NCBI RefSeq assembly: GCF_004010195.1
Contig: NC_057753.1
Coordinates: 14,297,937-14,361,936 of the forward strand
Origin: Chiloscyllium plagiosum
Lineage: Eukaryota
DNA length: 64,000 nt
Reading direction: 5' to 3'
Of this stretch, positions 50,751 to 61,419 are shown one piece after another. Below the pieces are notes generated by a model. That model did no database searches, was not told where the DNA came from, and was given only the letters and a program-made list of their open reading frames with translations. Made by a program: the position numbers and the translations under genes. Numbering within the stretch: the stretch's first letter is position 1; every line of letters begins with the position of its first letter.

Positions 50751-53543
50751 ATTACAAAACTGTCGGATATTTGAGGGCACCCAATCTAAACCTCCGCCTT
50801 CAACGTGCTGCTTCATTGACTCGGGATGATCCCACATCACTTCCCTTTATCGTGAGTGTGTACATACCATTGCTGATCCAAAAACACAATTTGAGTGAAA
50901 ACACCCGCTAAAATAAAACCTCTCCTGGATACTGGCATGGGAGATGTGGATAGCACGTTTCCGAACGGATATTTGAGGGCACCCAATCTAAACCTCCGCC
51001 TTCAACGTGCTGCTTCATTGACTCGGAATGATCCTACATCACTTCCCTTTTTCAGTCGTGATGTTGAGAGCGTGGGAGGTAGACAGCCGACTCTCCCCAA
51101 GCTGAGTTATGGCCATTGTTATTAGGATAGGACACTGAGCATTCTGAGAGGAAAGCTTTATTGTATAAAAAGCAATTTCCCAGATTCCCAGAGTTATTAA
51201 TCTCGAGGTCATTTTGCGATAATTCAGCTAATGCATGCAATTAAATTAATCGCATTTGCCACCCGTGTGATATAAGCCCCACGTGTAAAACTTGTGGATC
51301 ACAAACCACGTGCTCTCAAAACGAAATCCCTCAACTCCAATCTATTGCATTACTGAACTCAATCTCATCCTTTATCCAGCAGTATCTCTGGAATCATTTT
51401 TATAAGATTCCTTTGTATTCTAGTCCTCCACTCCTATATCTCTGTATTCGTGCTCAAGGTCATCAAGCTTTTCCTTTTTGTTTTAGTTCTCACAACTTTC
51501 GTGAATTGTGTCTCTCATTCTTCCTCCACCTGTCCGGGTGTTTTTTTTTCTGTCTCACTGTACACAGAGGCCTTATGGAGAAAAACTAGTTTCACATTTC
51601 AATAACGTCACCGTTGCTGTCTTTGATACCAGCAAACTCAGTATCTGTGTGTCTGTAAGTTACTTATATCAGGGTCTATTTTATTTGTGTGTGTGTGTGT
51701 GTGTATGACTGTTTGTGCGTGTATGTGTTTTCCGTTTTTGTATTCCCAGATGTCTGTGTTTGTATGCTTGTGCCCATGTGTGTTTGATTTTAAACGTGTT
51801 TCTGTGTATGATTGTGCATTTGTACTTCTGGGTATGTTTGCACTTTTGTCTGTGTATGGGCATTTTGTTTATGCGTTTTGCATCTGCGCGTTCCAGTGTA
51901 AGGAATCGTGTGTATGTGACTGTATGAATGTTTATTTGTGTTTATCGGCTTTAACATATTTGTGGCTGTGTTTCAGCGTGTTCGCAGTTTCGCTCTTTGG
52001 TGTCCTGCATACCAGAGTGTCTGATTTTAAAGATGTTTAGAATAATTAAAAGTATCACCTGCAGCGTTGATGCACATTTCTAATGTCAATTCAGAAGAAG
52101 CTGGTCGTTGCTTGCAGACATACATTGTTCAGAGGGATGGTGATGAATGGAAAAACGAAAAAAGCTAACATTCTTTATCCCTTTTTCTCCCCCATGTGTT
52201 CAGTGTGACACAATGCCACCCTCTGCGGATCTGCTTACACAGACAGTCAATGTGTGGTCTTAGCTGAACTCCACTCACATGTCAGGTTGAAGCTCATTAC
52301 TTTGCTCATCGTATTTTGTTTCTCTGTTTCACTATGCTTGGTGCCTGGAGTTCGGAAACGTGCTATCCACATCTCCCATGCCAGTATCCAGGAGAGGTTT
52401 TATTTTAGCGGGTGTTTTCGCTCAAATTGTGTTTCTGGATCAGCAATAGTATGTACACACTCAACAGATCTCATAACATTAATGAGGTTTGTCCTGAAAA
52501 CAGACGAAAGTTCAGATTCTCGTCAACTTCAACTATCTCGCTCCTGCTGTTAAACATCAATCATTTCTTGATTTATTCATAATGATTATCAGGTCAACGA
52601 TACGTCTTGAAATATGGACTCTAATGTGTACAGCTGTTTCCAAGAAAACGCCATTAGCGTCACACAAAATCAAATGAGGTTATTCGAAGGCGGGAGATCT
52701 GAAGAGAAATGAGGGAAAGGTAAACATGTCTTGTGTTCAAGACCATCAGAATCATTCTTCCATTAGCAGGCGGGATGAATTGGCAACGAGACAGTCTGGT
52801 AGTTCTCTTACTTTTGAGACTGTAGACCCAACATGCTCTAAAGGTTTGAAATGAAGACTTGGCAGCGCAGAGGCAGAAATTTTGCTACCTCCAATGGGGA
52901 TTTGTCTGTATCGAAGTCATAATCTCTGAATATGGACCCACATATATCTGAAACAGATCAGGAGGAATGTCTTTTCTCGGACAGCAAAAAAAATCGGTGG
53001 AATTATTTACCACAGATGTCAGGCCATAATACGTAATCTATGCTGCAATATAGCATTTTTATGAGGAAGACAATCAAGACTTCTGAAAAATAGGCAGAAA
53101 TGTGGAGTTCAAAATTATCAGATCAGTGTGATGTCTTCGAAATTTGGAATCATCTCGTTGGATCGAATGGCCTATTTCTTCGGTTTTGAAGGTCTTATGA
53201 CTGTGGCCAGAAGACAATGTAGGTTCATATTTCTGCCCTTCATGCAATTAGTTGTTAAGATCTGGCATACACGAGGAAATTACTGTTAGAAGGGCAAGTT
53301 AAGCAGTGTTTAATCAAAGTAAACAGATGAACATGTACGTGTACATGATGTAGAAACTACCAGTTCTGTGAAAGTAGATGTGGGCAGGATATTCTTGAGC
53401 AGTACCAGCATAAGCCAGCAGAGAAATGAAGGGTAAAATGCCCCCCTTTTTCACTTAAAAGTGTTCTGAATCGCTGATCTGACGTCAATGATGGGTTTAT
53501 TCGTGCTTTGAGAATCAGCAGAAATACTTCATTTCCTCTCCTG

Positions 53544-53582
53544 GGTTTTTGTACAGGTATGGATTTGATCTGTTTCACTGTG
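53544..53582 (-). other. Consensus 23-RSS of Ig-like V copy 4
   Basis: CACAGTG + 23 bp + ACAAAAACC, both elements perfect consensus. Confidence 0.96.
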
Positions 53583-54056
53583 CCCCGGCACAATAATATA
53601 TCGCGCTGTCTGATATTCTCAATGTCTTGATAGTCAAAGAGAAGGTGTTATTTGATAAATCTTTGGCAGCAGTAACTCGTCCTGTCACCTCTGGATTATA
53701 ATTCTTGCTGTTTTCACTGTAGTAATAAACAAGCCATTGCAGACCATTCCCAGGGCGTTCAACGTACCAGAACATACTGTAGCTACTCAGATCGAACCCG
53801 CTGGTTGCACAGGTCAGTCTCAAAGATTGCCCAGGGATCCCTGACCCTGACTCTGACTGAGTCAACATCACCTCCGACTCGGCACCTAGTGAAGGAAAAT
53901 GGCATTCATTAAACCAATGTGACCCGGATTATGTGATTTTCCCCGGCGAGTGAATTAACAGAGGAAACGAAAACGGTTAAAATTTTAAAGAGAAGGGAAT
54001 GGGAAGTACGTACTGGATAAGAACACAACAATCAAAACCATAGGTATGAGCGACAT
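53583..54056 (-). CDS. Intact Ig heavy-chain-like V gene segment (VH/TAILV-type), copy 4: leader 54014-54056, V exon 53583-53885
   Basis: Leader MSLIPMVLIVVFLS(S) with GTACGT donor and CTAG acceptor. V exon AESEVMLTQSESGSGIPGQSLRLTCATSGFDLSSYSMFWYVERPGNGLQWLVYYYSENSKNYNPEVTGRVTAAKDLSNNTFSLTIKTLRISDSAIYYCAG is open. Confidence 0.92.
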
Positions 54057-54149
54057 CGTCCTTCCTGAGTCTATGTTAAAGGAGTCTGTCCTCCAGTCAC
54101 GCATCGACAACGCAATTTGGCGGATTGTTGGTTTCTTATCCTCCCTCAC

Positions 54150-54230
54150 AGGCGTTTACGAATGAACAGAAGGGAGGGCGGGTTTGATGACACAGTATTG
54201 GTCGCCTGACATCAACATCTGATGTAAATA
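54150..54230 (-). promoter_or_regulatory. Putative promoter of Ig-like V copy 4
   Basis: ATTTACAT (54222-54229), CRE-like TGACATCA, CCAAT, TGTGTCATCA and GC box. Confidence 0.55.
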
Positions 54231-54669
54231 ATACAAGTTTCTTCCCGTCAGTAGGGGGCTCTGCAACAGCATCGTCTCAGTGTCAATGCTGTGTGAAGAA
54301 TTGAGCACATTATTTGTCAAAAACAGAAAGGGATTCTGTCTCAACCCACACGTGGGGCCAGTTTGGGGACTACAGATTGCCTCAGTATGAGGACAAATCA
54401 GCATATGTCTATGGGGATTACAGAGGTGTCCAACATTGAGATGACAGAGTGTGTCAACATAGGAATCACGAAGATGATCAGTTAGGGGTTTACAGCGTCA
54501 CTCTTTATTTGAATTACAGAGCTGGAGGTGTGGGAACTTTAGATGTGGCAGTGTGAGGGTGACAGATTATCAGAGTGGGGAGAGGTATTCAGTGTCTGAT
54601 TTGCACAGTCATTATCGTGAGAATGACAGATTTAGTCAATGTGGGGATTTTAGGAGTCAGTGTGGAGAT

Positions 54670-56345
54670 TTAATTTGATATGTTTCGATTTATTGTCATA
54701 TGTACCTATGTACAGTCAACAACGTTGTCGGTGAACAGTACAGGCAGACATTGTAAGCAAGGACATACAGAGCATATGGTGAAAAAAAGACTTGGACAGA
54801 GTAAGGCATTCAGGTAACAAGGCGTATAGCATACGCTCGTCAAGATCACCGTGAACAAGGATCAGCATTATTTGAATGTAGAAAGTCCGTTTACCTGTCT
54901 AATAGCGGCAGGGAAGAAGCTGTTCTTGAACCTGCTGGTGGCTGTGTTCAATCTTCTGTATCTTCAGTCTGACGGTTGAGGTTGCAGGAGACCATTACCG
55001 GGGTGGATGCAACTTTGATACTGTTGGCAGCCTTTCTGCGGCTACGAGATGTATACATGAATTCCATGGATAGGACGTTGGCTTCCATGCTGGTCTAGGT
55101 TGTGCACACGACCTTGTGATTGTAACGGGCGTCAGCAGAACAGTTACTGGGTCAGACTGTTATGCAAACCAGACGGTATGGCTTGCATGGTGCATCTGTA
55201 AAAGTTGGCGAGAGCCCTTATGGAGACGCCAGATTTCCTGAGCTGCCTGAGGAAGAAGAGGCTTTGTTGTGTTTTGCCAATTGTCGCATCTACATGAGAA
55301 GTCCAGGATAGATTTCCGTTTATTGTCACTACTCGGAAATTGACACTCTCAAGTCTCTCAACTTCCTTTCCATTAATGTAGATAGGGGCGTGTTCTCCTT
55401 CTTTCCTCCTGAAATCAATGGTCATTTCTTTAGTTTTGTGGATATTGAGACAAAGGCTGTTATCATTTCACCACGTCACCAAGCCCTCTTTCCCCTTTGT
55501 GAAGTCTGATACACAGTTGTTTGACATCAGTCCTACCCGTGGTGACGTCAGCAAATCTGTCGATGGTATTTGTTCAGGATTTGGCAACACATTCGTAGGT
55601 GCACAGGGATTACAGCAGGAGGCTGAAAATGCATTCATCGGGGGATAGGGGCTCCAATGTTAAGTATCACCTTAGAGGTGGTGCAGTTGTCTATCTTCTA
55701 CCTAATTGTGTTCTATGGACCGGCTAAGGATCCACTTGCAGTGTGTGGAGCTGAGACCTGAGACTCTGAGTTTTTAGATCGGTCTAGAGGGGATAATGGT
55801 GTTGAAGGCGGAGTGTAATCAAGAAGCAATATTTTGGATTAGTGGTGCTGGAAGAGCACAGCAGTTCAGGCAGCATCCGGGCTGCTCCTCGGATGCTGCC
55901 TGAACTGCTGTGCTCTTCCAGTACCACTAATCCAAAATCTGGTTTCCAGCATCTGCAGTCATTGTTTTTACCATCAAGAAGCAGTAGTCTGATGTTGGTG
56001 CCCTTGATGTCCAGGAATCTCAGGGATAGGCATAGGGCTGTGAAAATGGTGTTCGCTGTGGACCTGTTACATTGGTAGGTAAATTACGAGGAATAAAGGC
56101 AGGCTTGGAGACTGGAGTTGATTGAGGCCATGACCAGCCTCGCGAAGCACTTCATGAATGTGGAGGTTTGAGAGAGAAATGGTGGCAGTCATGAAGGCAC
56201 ATTGCATGCGCTTTCATAGGTACTGGGTTGATGGTCGTCTTCGTGAAGCAGCTGGGACTTTGGCTTATCGGAGCGAGCGTTTAAGATGGAAGTGAATACC
56301 CCTGCGTGCAAGTCCGCGCAGGGGCTAAGTGCATGGCTTGGGAAT
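54670..56345 (-). mobile_element. Rex1/Babar-like LINE, degenerate
   Basis: IDFRRK..HAPIYING.EVERLESV.F..VTI..NLSWTSHVDATI.K.QQ.LFFLRQLRK motif. Confidence 0.75.
55829..55972. mobile_element. Short fold-back PLE-derived insertion nested in the LINE; 11-bp TSD ATCAAGAAGCA
   Basis: Near-perfect ~48-bp inverted arms. TSD at 55818-55828 and 55973-55983; empty sites at ~42930 and ~56527. Confidence 0.75.
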
Positions 56346-56702
56346 CAGTCTGTTTGCTTTCTTTGTGTTGAGTCCCTGAATGACTGTTCTCATGTCTGCA
56401 CCATTGACAGAGGGAGCAGGTGCATCTTTGGCTATCGGAGCAGTTGCAGTGTGTGGAGCTGACACCTGAGACTCGGAATTTTGAGATCAGTCTGGAGGGG
56501 ATAATAGCATTGAAGGCGGAGCTGTAATCAAGAAGCAGTAGTCTGATATGTGGTCGCTTTTATGTATTTGTCTGTCAAAACTGCTTCAGCCTATCTATGT
56601 CTTTATTTATAACAGACTTGTTCCTAGTTCCACACAGTGAGGATGCACAATGTTTTGTACAATAACAGGGGCTCCTCTCTCACACACAGGCCGTAATAAA
56701 TC

Positions 56703-57050
56703 AATTTATGTTGAGGTTGTTGCATTAAATGCAGCACAGTGATCTTCGTTCTGATACAGATTTATTTCCTGGAATCCTCATCCAACAGTTGTGAGGCTGT
56801 GAAACTGACAGCTTTGTAGGTTTTGGCCAGAGATGATAGCAAACACTTTCTGTGAAATGCAGTACTGTCACTGAAGCCGTCCGTTCACCAGATCACAATA
56901 GACTGGGAACCCATGGACACAGGCTGCCATCCGGTACCAGGACAGACAGGTATTCTCCCTCGCTCCATCGGATGCGGTGAGTATGACACTCTCTCCACTC
57001 ATAATGCCACCTCAACCTTCAGCTGGCGAGCGAGAGAATCAGGCAGAATT
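56703..57050 (-). pseudogene. Family-B TCR-type V pseudogene with 23-RSS at 56703-56741
   Basis: Paralog of 5011-5355 (GESVILT...CLSWYR...GFSDSTAF). RSS is CACTGTG-23-ACATAAATT. Confidence 0.7.
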
Positions 57051-57449
57051 CTCGAAGGGCCCAAATAATAATGTATGGTGAAAGGATATGGTTAATTCAC
57101 AGGAGGTTTTGCAATTAGAACTCACACCCTCTAGACAACGCAGAGAAGAGACAAAGAAGAAAAAGGAGAGATGATTTAACAATTAACAAGTGATTTTATA
57201 AAATCCTTCAGATGACTGTTCTAAACGTGCAAACATACTCATGAGATAGAAGGATTGGCATTCGACCCTTTAGATCCTCTTCCACCGTTCAGTAAGTTCA
57301 CAACGGGTCTGAATTTAACCTCAACGCTTCCTGGACATCTCTGATGATGCTTTCATTCCCTTTATGATCAATATGTTTTCTAACGCTGCCTTTAACTCTG
57401 CATTTTGCATCCAATGCATTTTGAAAAATTTAACCCCAAAGTGTCAAGA

Positions 57450-57731
57450 ACTAATGTGTCTGGCCGGTTTTGATACCAGGATAACATATAGCTGTTCGAT
57501 GTATAACCATAGGTACAACTACAGTCACGGTTCCTCCTTTGCCCCGAAGATCTGAGAACAGTGATAGAATCCCTCCGTGCCAGACCTGAAATGAAGAACA
57601 AGTATCAATTACAAAATGGTTGACTGGCATCGGTTATACTTGTAATCTTTCAAAGGAACCTGGCATGTTATTCCTCCACATTTATCTGTTAGAATTGATC
57701 CCAACAAAACGCAGATACTGATTAGCCACAT
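57450..57731 (-). pseudogene. Divergent TCR delta-type V relic: leader 57686-57731, 5' half of V exon
   Basis: Leader MWLISICVLLGSILT (donor GT>AT), TTTCAG acceptor, then DSITVL...CTYGYTSNSYMLSWYQNRPD. The 3' half is missing. Confidence 0.65.
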
Positions 57732-59864
57732 TATCGCTGCCCTTTGTGTGACAGGGCAGTCAGATAATTAAAGGCATCTGCTCTAAATCCCGGTCCTGCA
57801 CATGATGCTATCTCTAGCTCGTTGTAAATCCCGGCCCTCTGCATGATGTTCCACCCCCCGCAGTTGGTGGTGGAGGAAGACTGACTTTCAGGAAATTGTC
57901 ACATTCTGAGCTGGTCAATCTTCATAAAATGGAGAAAAGATAATTCTGTCACATTGGCCTCCATTCAACAGAATCCCAGTACCCTTACTCAAAGGGCTTT
58001 GTTCGATTCTGTTTCACTTCCCAATTGATGTCCCTTATTGCTATTAATCCAGTTAATGGCTGCCCCGACAGTATCACACAAATCGCCACTTTTCTACCAT
58101 ACAGGTAATAGTTGTAGCGCCACAAACTTCCTGTTATCAAAACCCTTCTCTCAGATCACCGCGCTGACATCCATGAAATCAATCTGAGGTTTATACAGCA
58201 GCATCCCTGATATCACAGCCACCTGATTCAGATTCCCTTTGTTTTCCAGATTTCTTTTGCTTTTTTTTTTGACGTAGGACTCGGGATTGTAGCTCTCCAC
58301 CGTTTGGATCCTCTGGGTATTCTTCATTGAGCGCTCAATGTCACTTTAATTCCATCCCCTCTGGGCATTTTTTTTATGTCTGTCTCAATGGACACAGAGG
58401 CCTCACAGAACGAGGCGAAACGTATATTTGAAAAAGGTCATAATTGTTGTCATCGGTCGTATCACCGTCAGTATCTGTCTGTGTTCATCCATGAATTCAC
58501 TTTATTTGTGTGTGCGTGTGTGTGTGTATGTACACGTACGTGCCACGCGTGCAATTGTGAACTTTGCAGTTCCAATCTGAATACGTTTTGGTGTGTGCTT
58601 GCTGTGTTTCTTTCTGTATGTGTTTTTGTGCATTTCTGCATTCCCGTGGATGTGCTTTAGTCAACGTGTCTGTGGGTAAATAGGAATATTTAGATATACA
58701 TATCTGCTTTCATGTAAATGCGTCTGTGTTTCAGTATGTGTAGAGTTCTCCTGTTTGTGTTTTATTTGCCTCTAACAGTGTCCGACAGAAACTTGTTCAA
58801 AACCTCATAAATGATCAGTCTATTTCCTGATTTTCCTCCATGTGTTGAACGTGATAAAATGCCACATCTGCCGGTACATCTCTGTTCCCGGATCACAGAA
58901 AGGTCATACTCCTCGGGGATGCACCCAAAGGCTGGATGCTAAAATGTGCAACTACTCTTCATCGATCACGTCTAATGTTACGCTATTTCAGGGCTGGGTG
59001 CCTGTAGAAAAATGATGGTGAAGAAACACGCTTTGTGTTTATCAGAATGAGAACATTTCTTCATTGTATAACCGTGCAGAGTGGAGGGCTCTTGTGACGC
59101 CATGGATAATGTCCCGACTTCTGAGTTAGGAGGACTGCGTTCAAGTCGCAACTGCTCCAGATATGTGCATTGAAAACTTGGCAGCTTAGGTGGAAAAGTT
59201 ATTTCATCAGTTGGAGAGTCTAGGGAACCGGGGACGTATTTTGATAATAAGGAGTCATATATGCAAGACAGACACGAGGAGAAATTTCTTCTCTCAGATG
59301 GAAATTCTAAATAATCCTTTACCATTGAGACTAGGTTGCCGACTATGTTCACGGCTGAATAGAAACATGTATCAGCAGTAAGGGAATCATGGCTTCTACG
59401 GAAAAAGCAAGAAAGTTAAATTGATGGTCTCAATATTATCCATAATGTCATTGAGTGTTGGTAATGGAATCAATGCCGCATTTCTGCTTCCGTGTCGCAG
59501 GGTCTCAAGATCTTGAGATTTCAGTCAAATAAGTGAGTCGACTTGTGGTTAGGAATCTTTATGCATGAGCTGTTGAAAGCTGGGATACACGAGTAAGATC
59601 TTGCAAGAAAGGGAGAAAAGTAATGCTTTTAGAATGTAACCAGATTAATGTACAGATAAGTGGGAGTTCAAAACTGCCAGTTATGTAGAAATGCTGGCGT
59701 GGAATGAATCGTTGAGCAGTAACTTGAAAGTGCAGAGAGAGATATGAAGTGCCCAATTATCACATTTTGTTCCTTGCGATGATCTGATTCTGTGAGCTGC
59801 TAGCAATGATAGCTGCGTTGTTGCTTTAAGTGATAATTGGGGGAAATGCTGCATTTCCACTTGT

Positions 59865-60120
59865 GGGTTTTGTACAGGAGTGAAACTGACCTGTTTCAGT
59901 TTGTTGTTGTGCAAAATAACATGCCACACCATTTGAAATATTCATTGGCCTGTAAAGGAATCACACTGTTTCTAAAGTCTTTGGTAGCAACAATTCACTT
60001 TTCAATATCTGGCCTATTCTTCGTACAATAGAACAAACTGTGGCAGTAACTGCCAAGATTGAAGTTGCTGATGTTACAGGTCTGTCACGGAGACTGCCAG
60101 AGTACCTCCATTACTGCCTC
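59865..60120 (-). pseudogene. Highly degenerate Ig-like V relic with 23-RSS
   Basis: QTCNISNFNLGSY...VATKDFRNS...LFCTT followed by CAAACTG-23-ACAAAACCC. Downstream flank is homologous to that of the intact copies. The 5' end is interrupted by a PLE. Confidence 0.65.
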
Positions 60121-60124
60121 TCAT

Positions 60125-61060
60125 TGAGATTTCAATACTCCTTCAAAAGGCCATCAACTCCCATAGCTACATGGACTACACCTCCTTCCATCCTGTCTCC
60201 CGTAAAAACGCTATCCCTCATTCCCAATTCGTCTGCCTCCACTGCATCTGGCCCAAGAAGACCAGCTCCTCCACGGAACACACCAAATGACCTCCTTCTT
60301 CAAAAACTGCAATTTCCCCTCACACATGGTGGATGATGCTTTCCAGCACATCTCATCCACTTCCCGCAACTCCGCCCTCAAACCCCAACCCTCCAACCGC
60401 AGAAGGACAGAACCCCCAGAACTCATCTTCCATCCCACCAATTTCCGAATATATTGCATCATCCTCCGCCAGTTCTACCGCCTACAAACAGACACCACCA
60501 CGGGAGACATGTTTCCCTCCCCACCCCTATCTGTGTTCCACAAAGACCATTCCCTCCACGACGTCCTTGTCAGGTCCATGCCCCCAACCTACGCGCCCTT
60601 CCCTTCCGGCACCTTTCCCTGCCAACGCAAGAATTACAAACTTTTGTGAACACACCCCACCTCACCTCAGGCCAAGGCCCCAGAGAAGCATTCCACACCC
60701 ATCACAAATTTATCTGTATCCGTTCCTCCCAATGTGGTCTCCTCCACATTGGGGAGAGACGACGCCTACTTGCAGAGTAGTTCAGAGAACATCGCTGGGA
60801 CACCCGCACCAACTAACCAACCCCACTGCCCCGTGGCCGAACACTTCAACTGCCCCTTCCACAGCGCCAAAGACATGCAGGTCCAGGGACTCCACCATCA
60901 CTACACCCTAACCACCCGACGGCAGGAGAAAGAACGCCTCATCCTCAGCCCTGGGACCCTCCAACGACACAGCATCAATGAGGACTTCACTGGTTTCTTC
61001 ATTTGCCCTTCCCCAACTATATCCCAGTTCCAAACTTCCAACTCAGCACTGCCTTCAGCA
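60125..61060 (+). mobile_element. Penelope-like element (RT C-terminus and GIY-YIG), degenerate
   Basis: MTSFFKNCNFPSHMVDDA, CIRSSQCGLLHIGE and PVAEHFNCPFHSAKDMQVQGL...RRQEKERLI..GTLQ..SINEDF. Confidence 0.85.
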
Positions 61061-61419
61061 CGGACGAGTTAGACCAAAGGGTTTGTTTCTGTGCTGTCTA
61101 TCTGTACGATTCTATGATTCAATGATGTGACCAAGATGGAGCGACACACCACTGCCCATCAGTAACCCCTAATAATCTCACGTGTAACTCATTTGTGTAG
61201 ATTCTATTGACGATAATGAGTGTAATCCATTGTAATCTTGCCACTACCTTCATGTTCAATTGACAGGAGTATAGCACCGAAATAAGCAACCGGTCTCCTA
61301 GAGGAAGATGTAGACGACATTATGTATGCAAAGAGCTACATGGAGTTTTATAAATGCGAGATACTTGGCATTGATAGAGGAGAAACAGCAGGAGGTCAAG
61401 GTTGATATGAAGCAAGTTT

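Larger units (their letters stand above)
5560..54670. repeat. Tandem segmental duplication of a multi-V cassette (roughly 7-10 kb, at least 5 recent copies plus older flanking copies)
   Basis: The same non-coding spacer recurs at ~5560-8390, 15240-18130, 22870-25560, 29650-32250 and 46630-48290. The TG-rich tract and Ig-like V flank recur wholly or partly at ~11000-14700, 20800-22300, 34900-41800, 43700-46050 and 51400-54670. Confidence 0.9.

Noticed and set aside
56633-56667. CACAGTG followed by ACAATAACA on the plus strand
   Set aside because: The spacer is 19 bp and the upstream sequence is not convincingly V-like; at best a decayed RSS.
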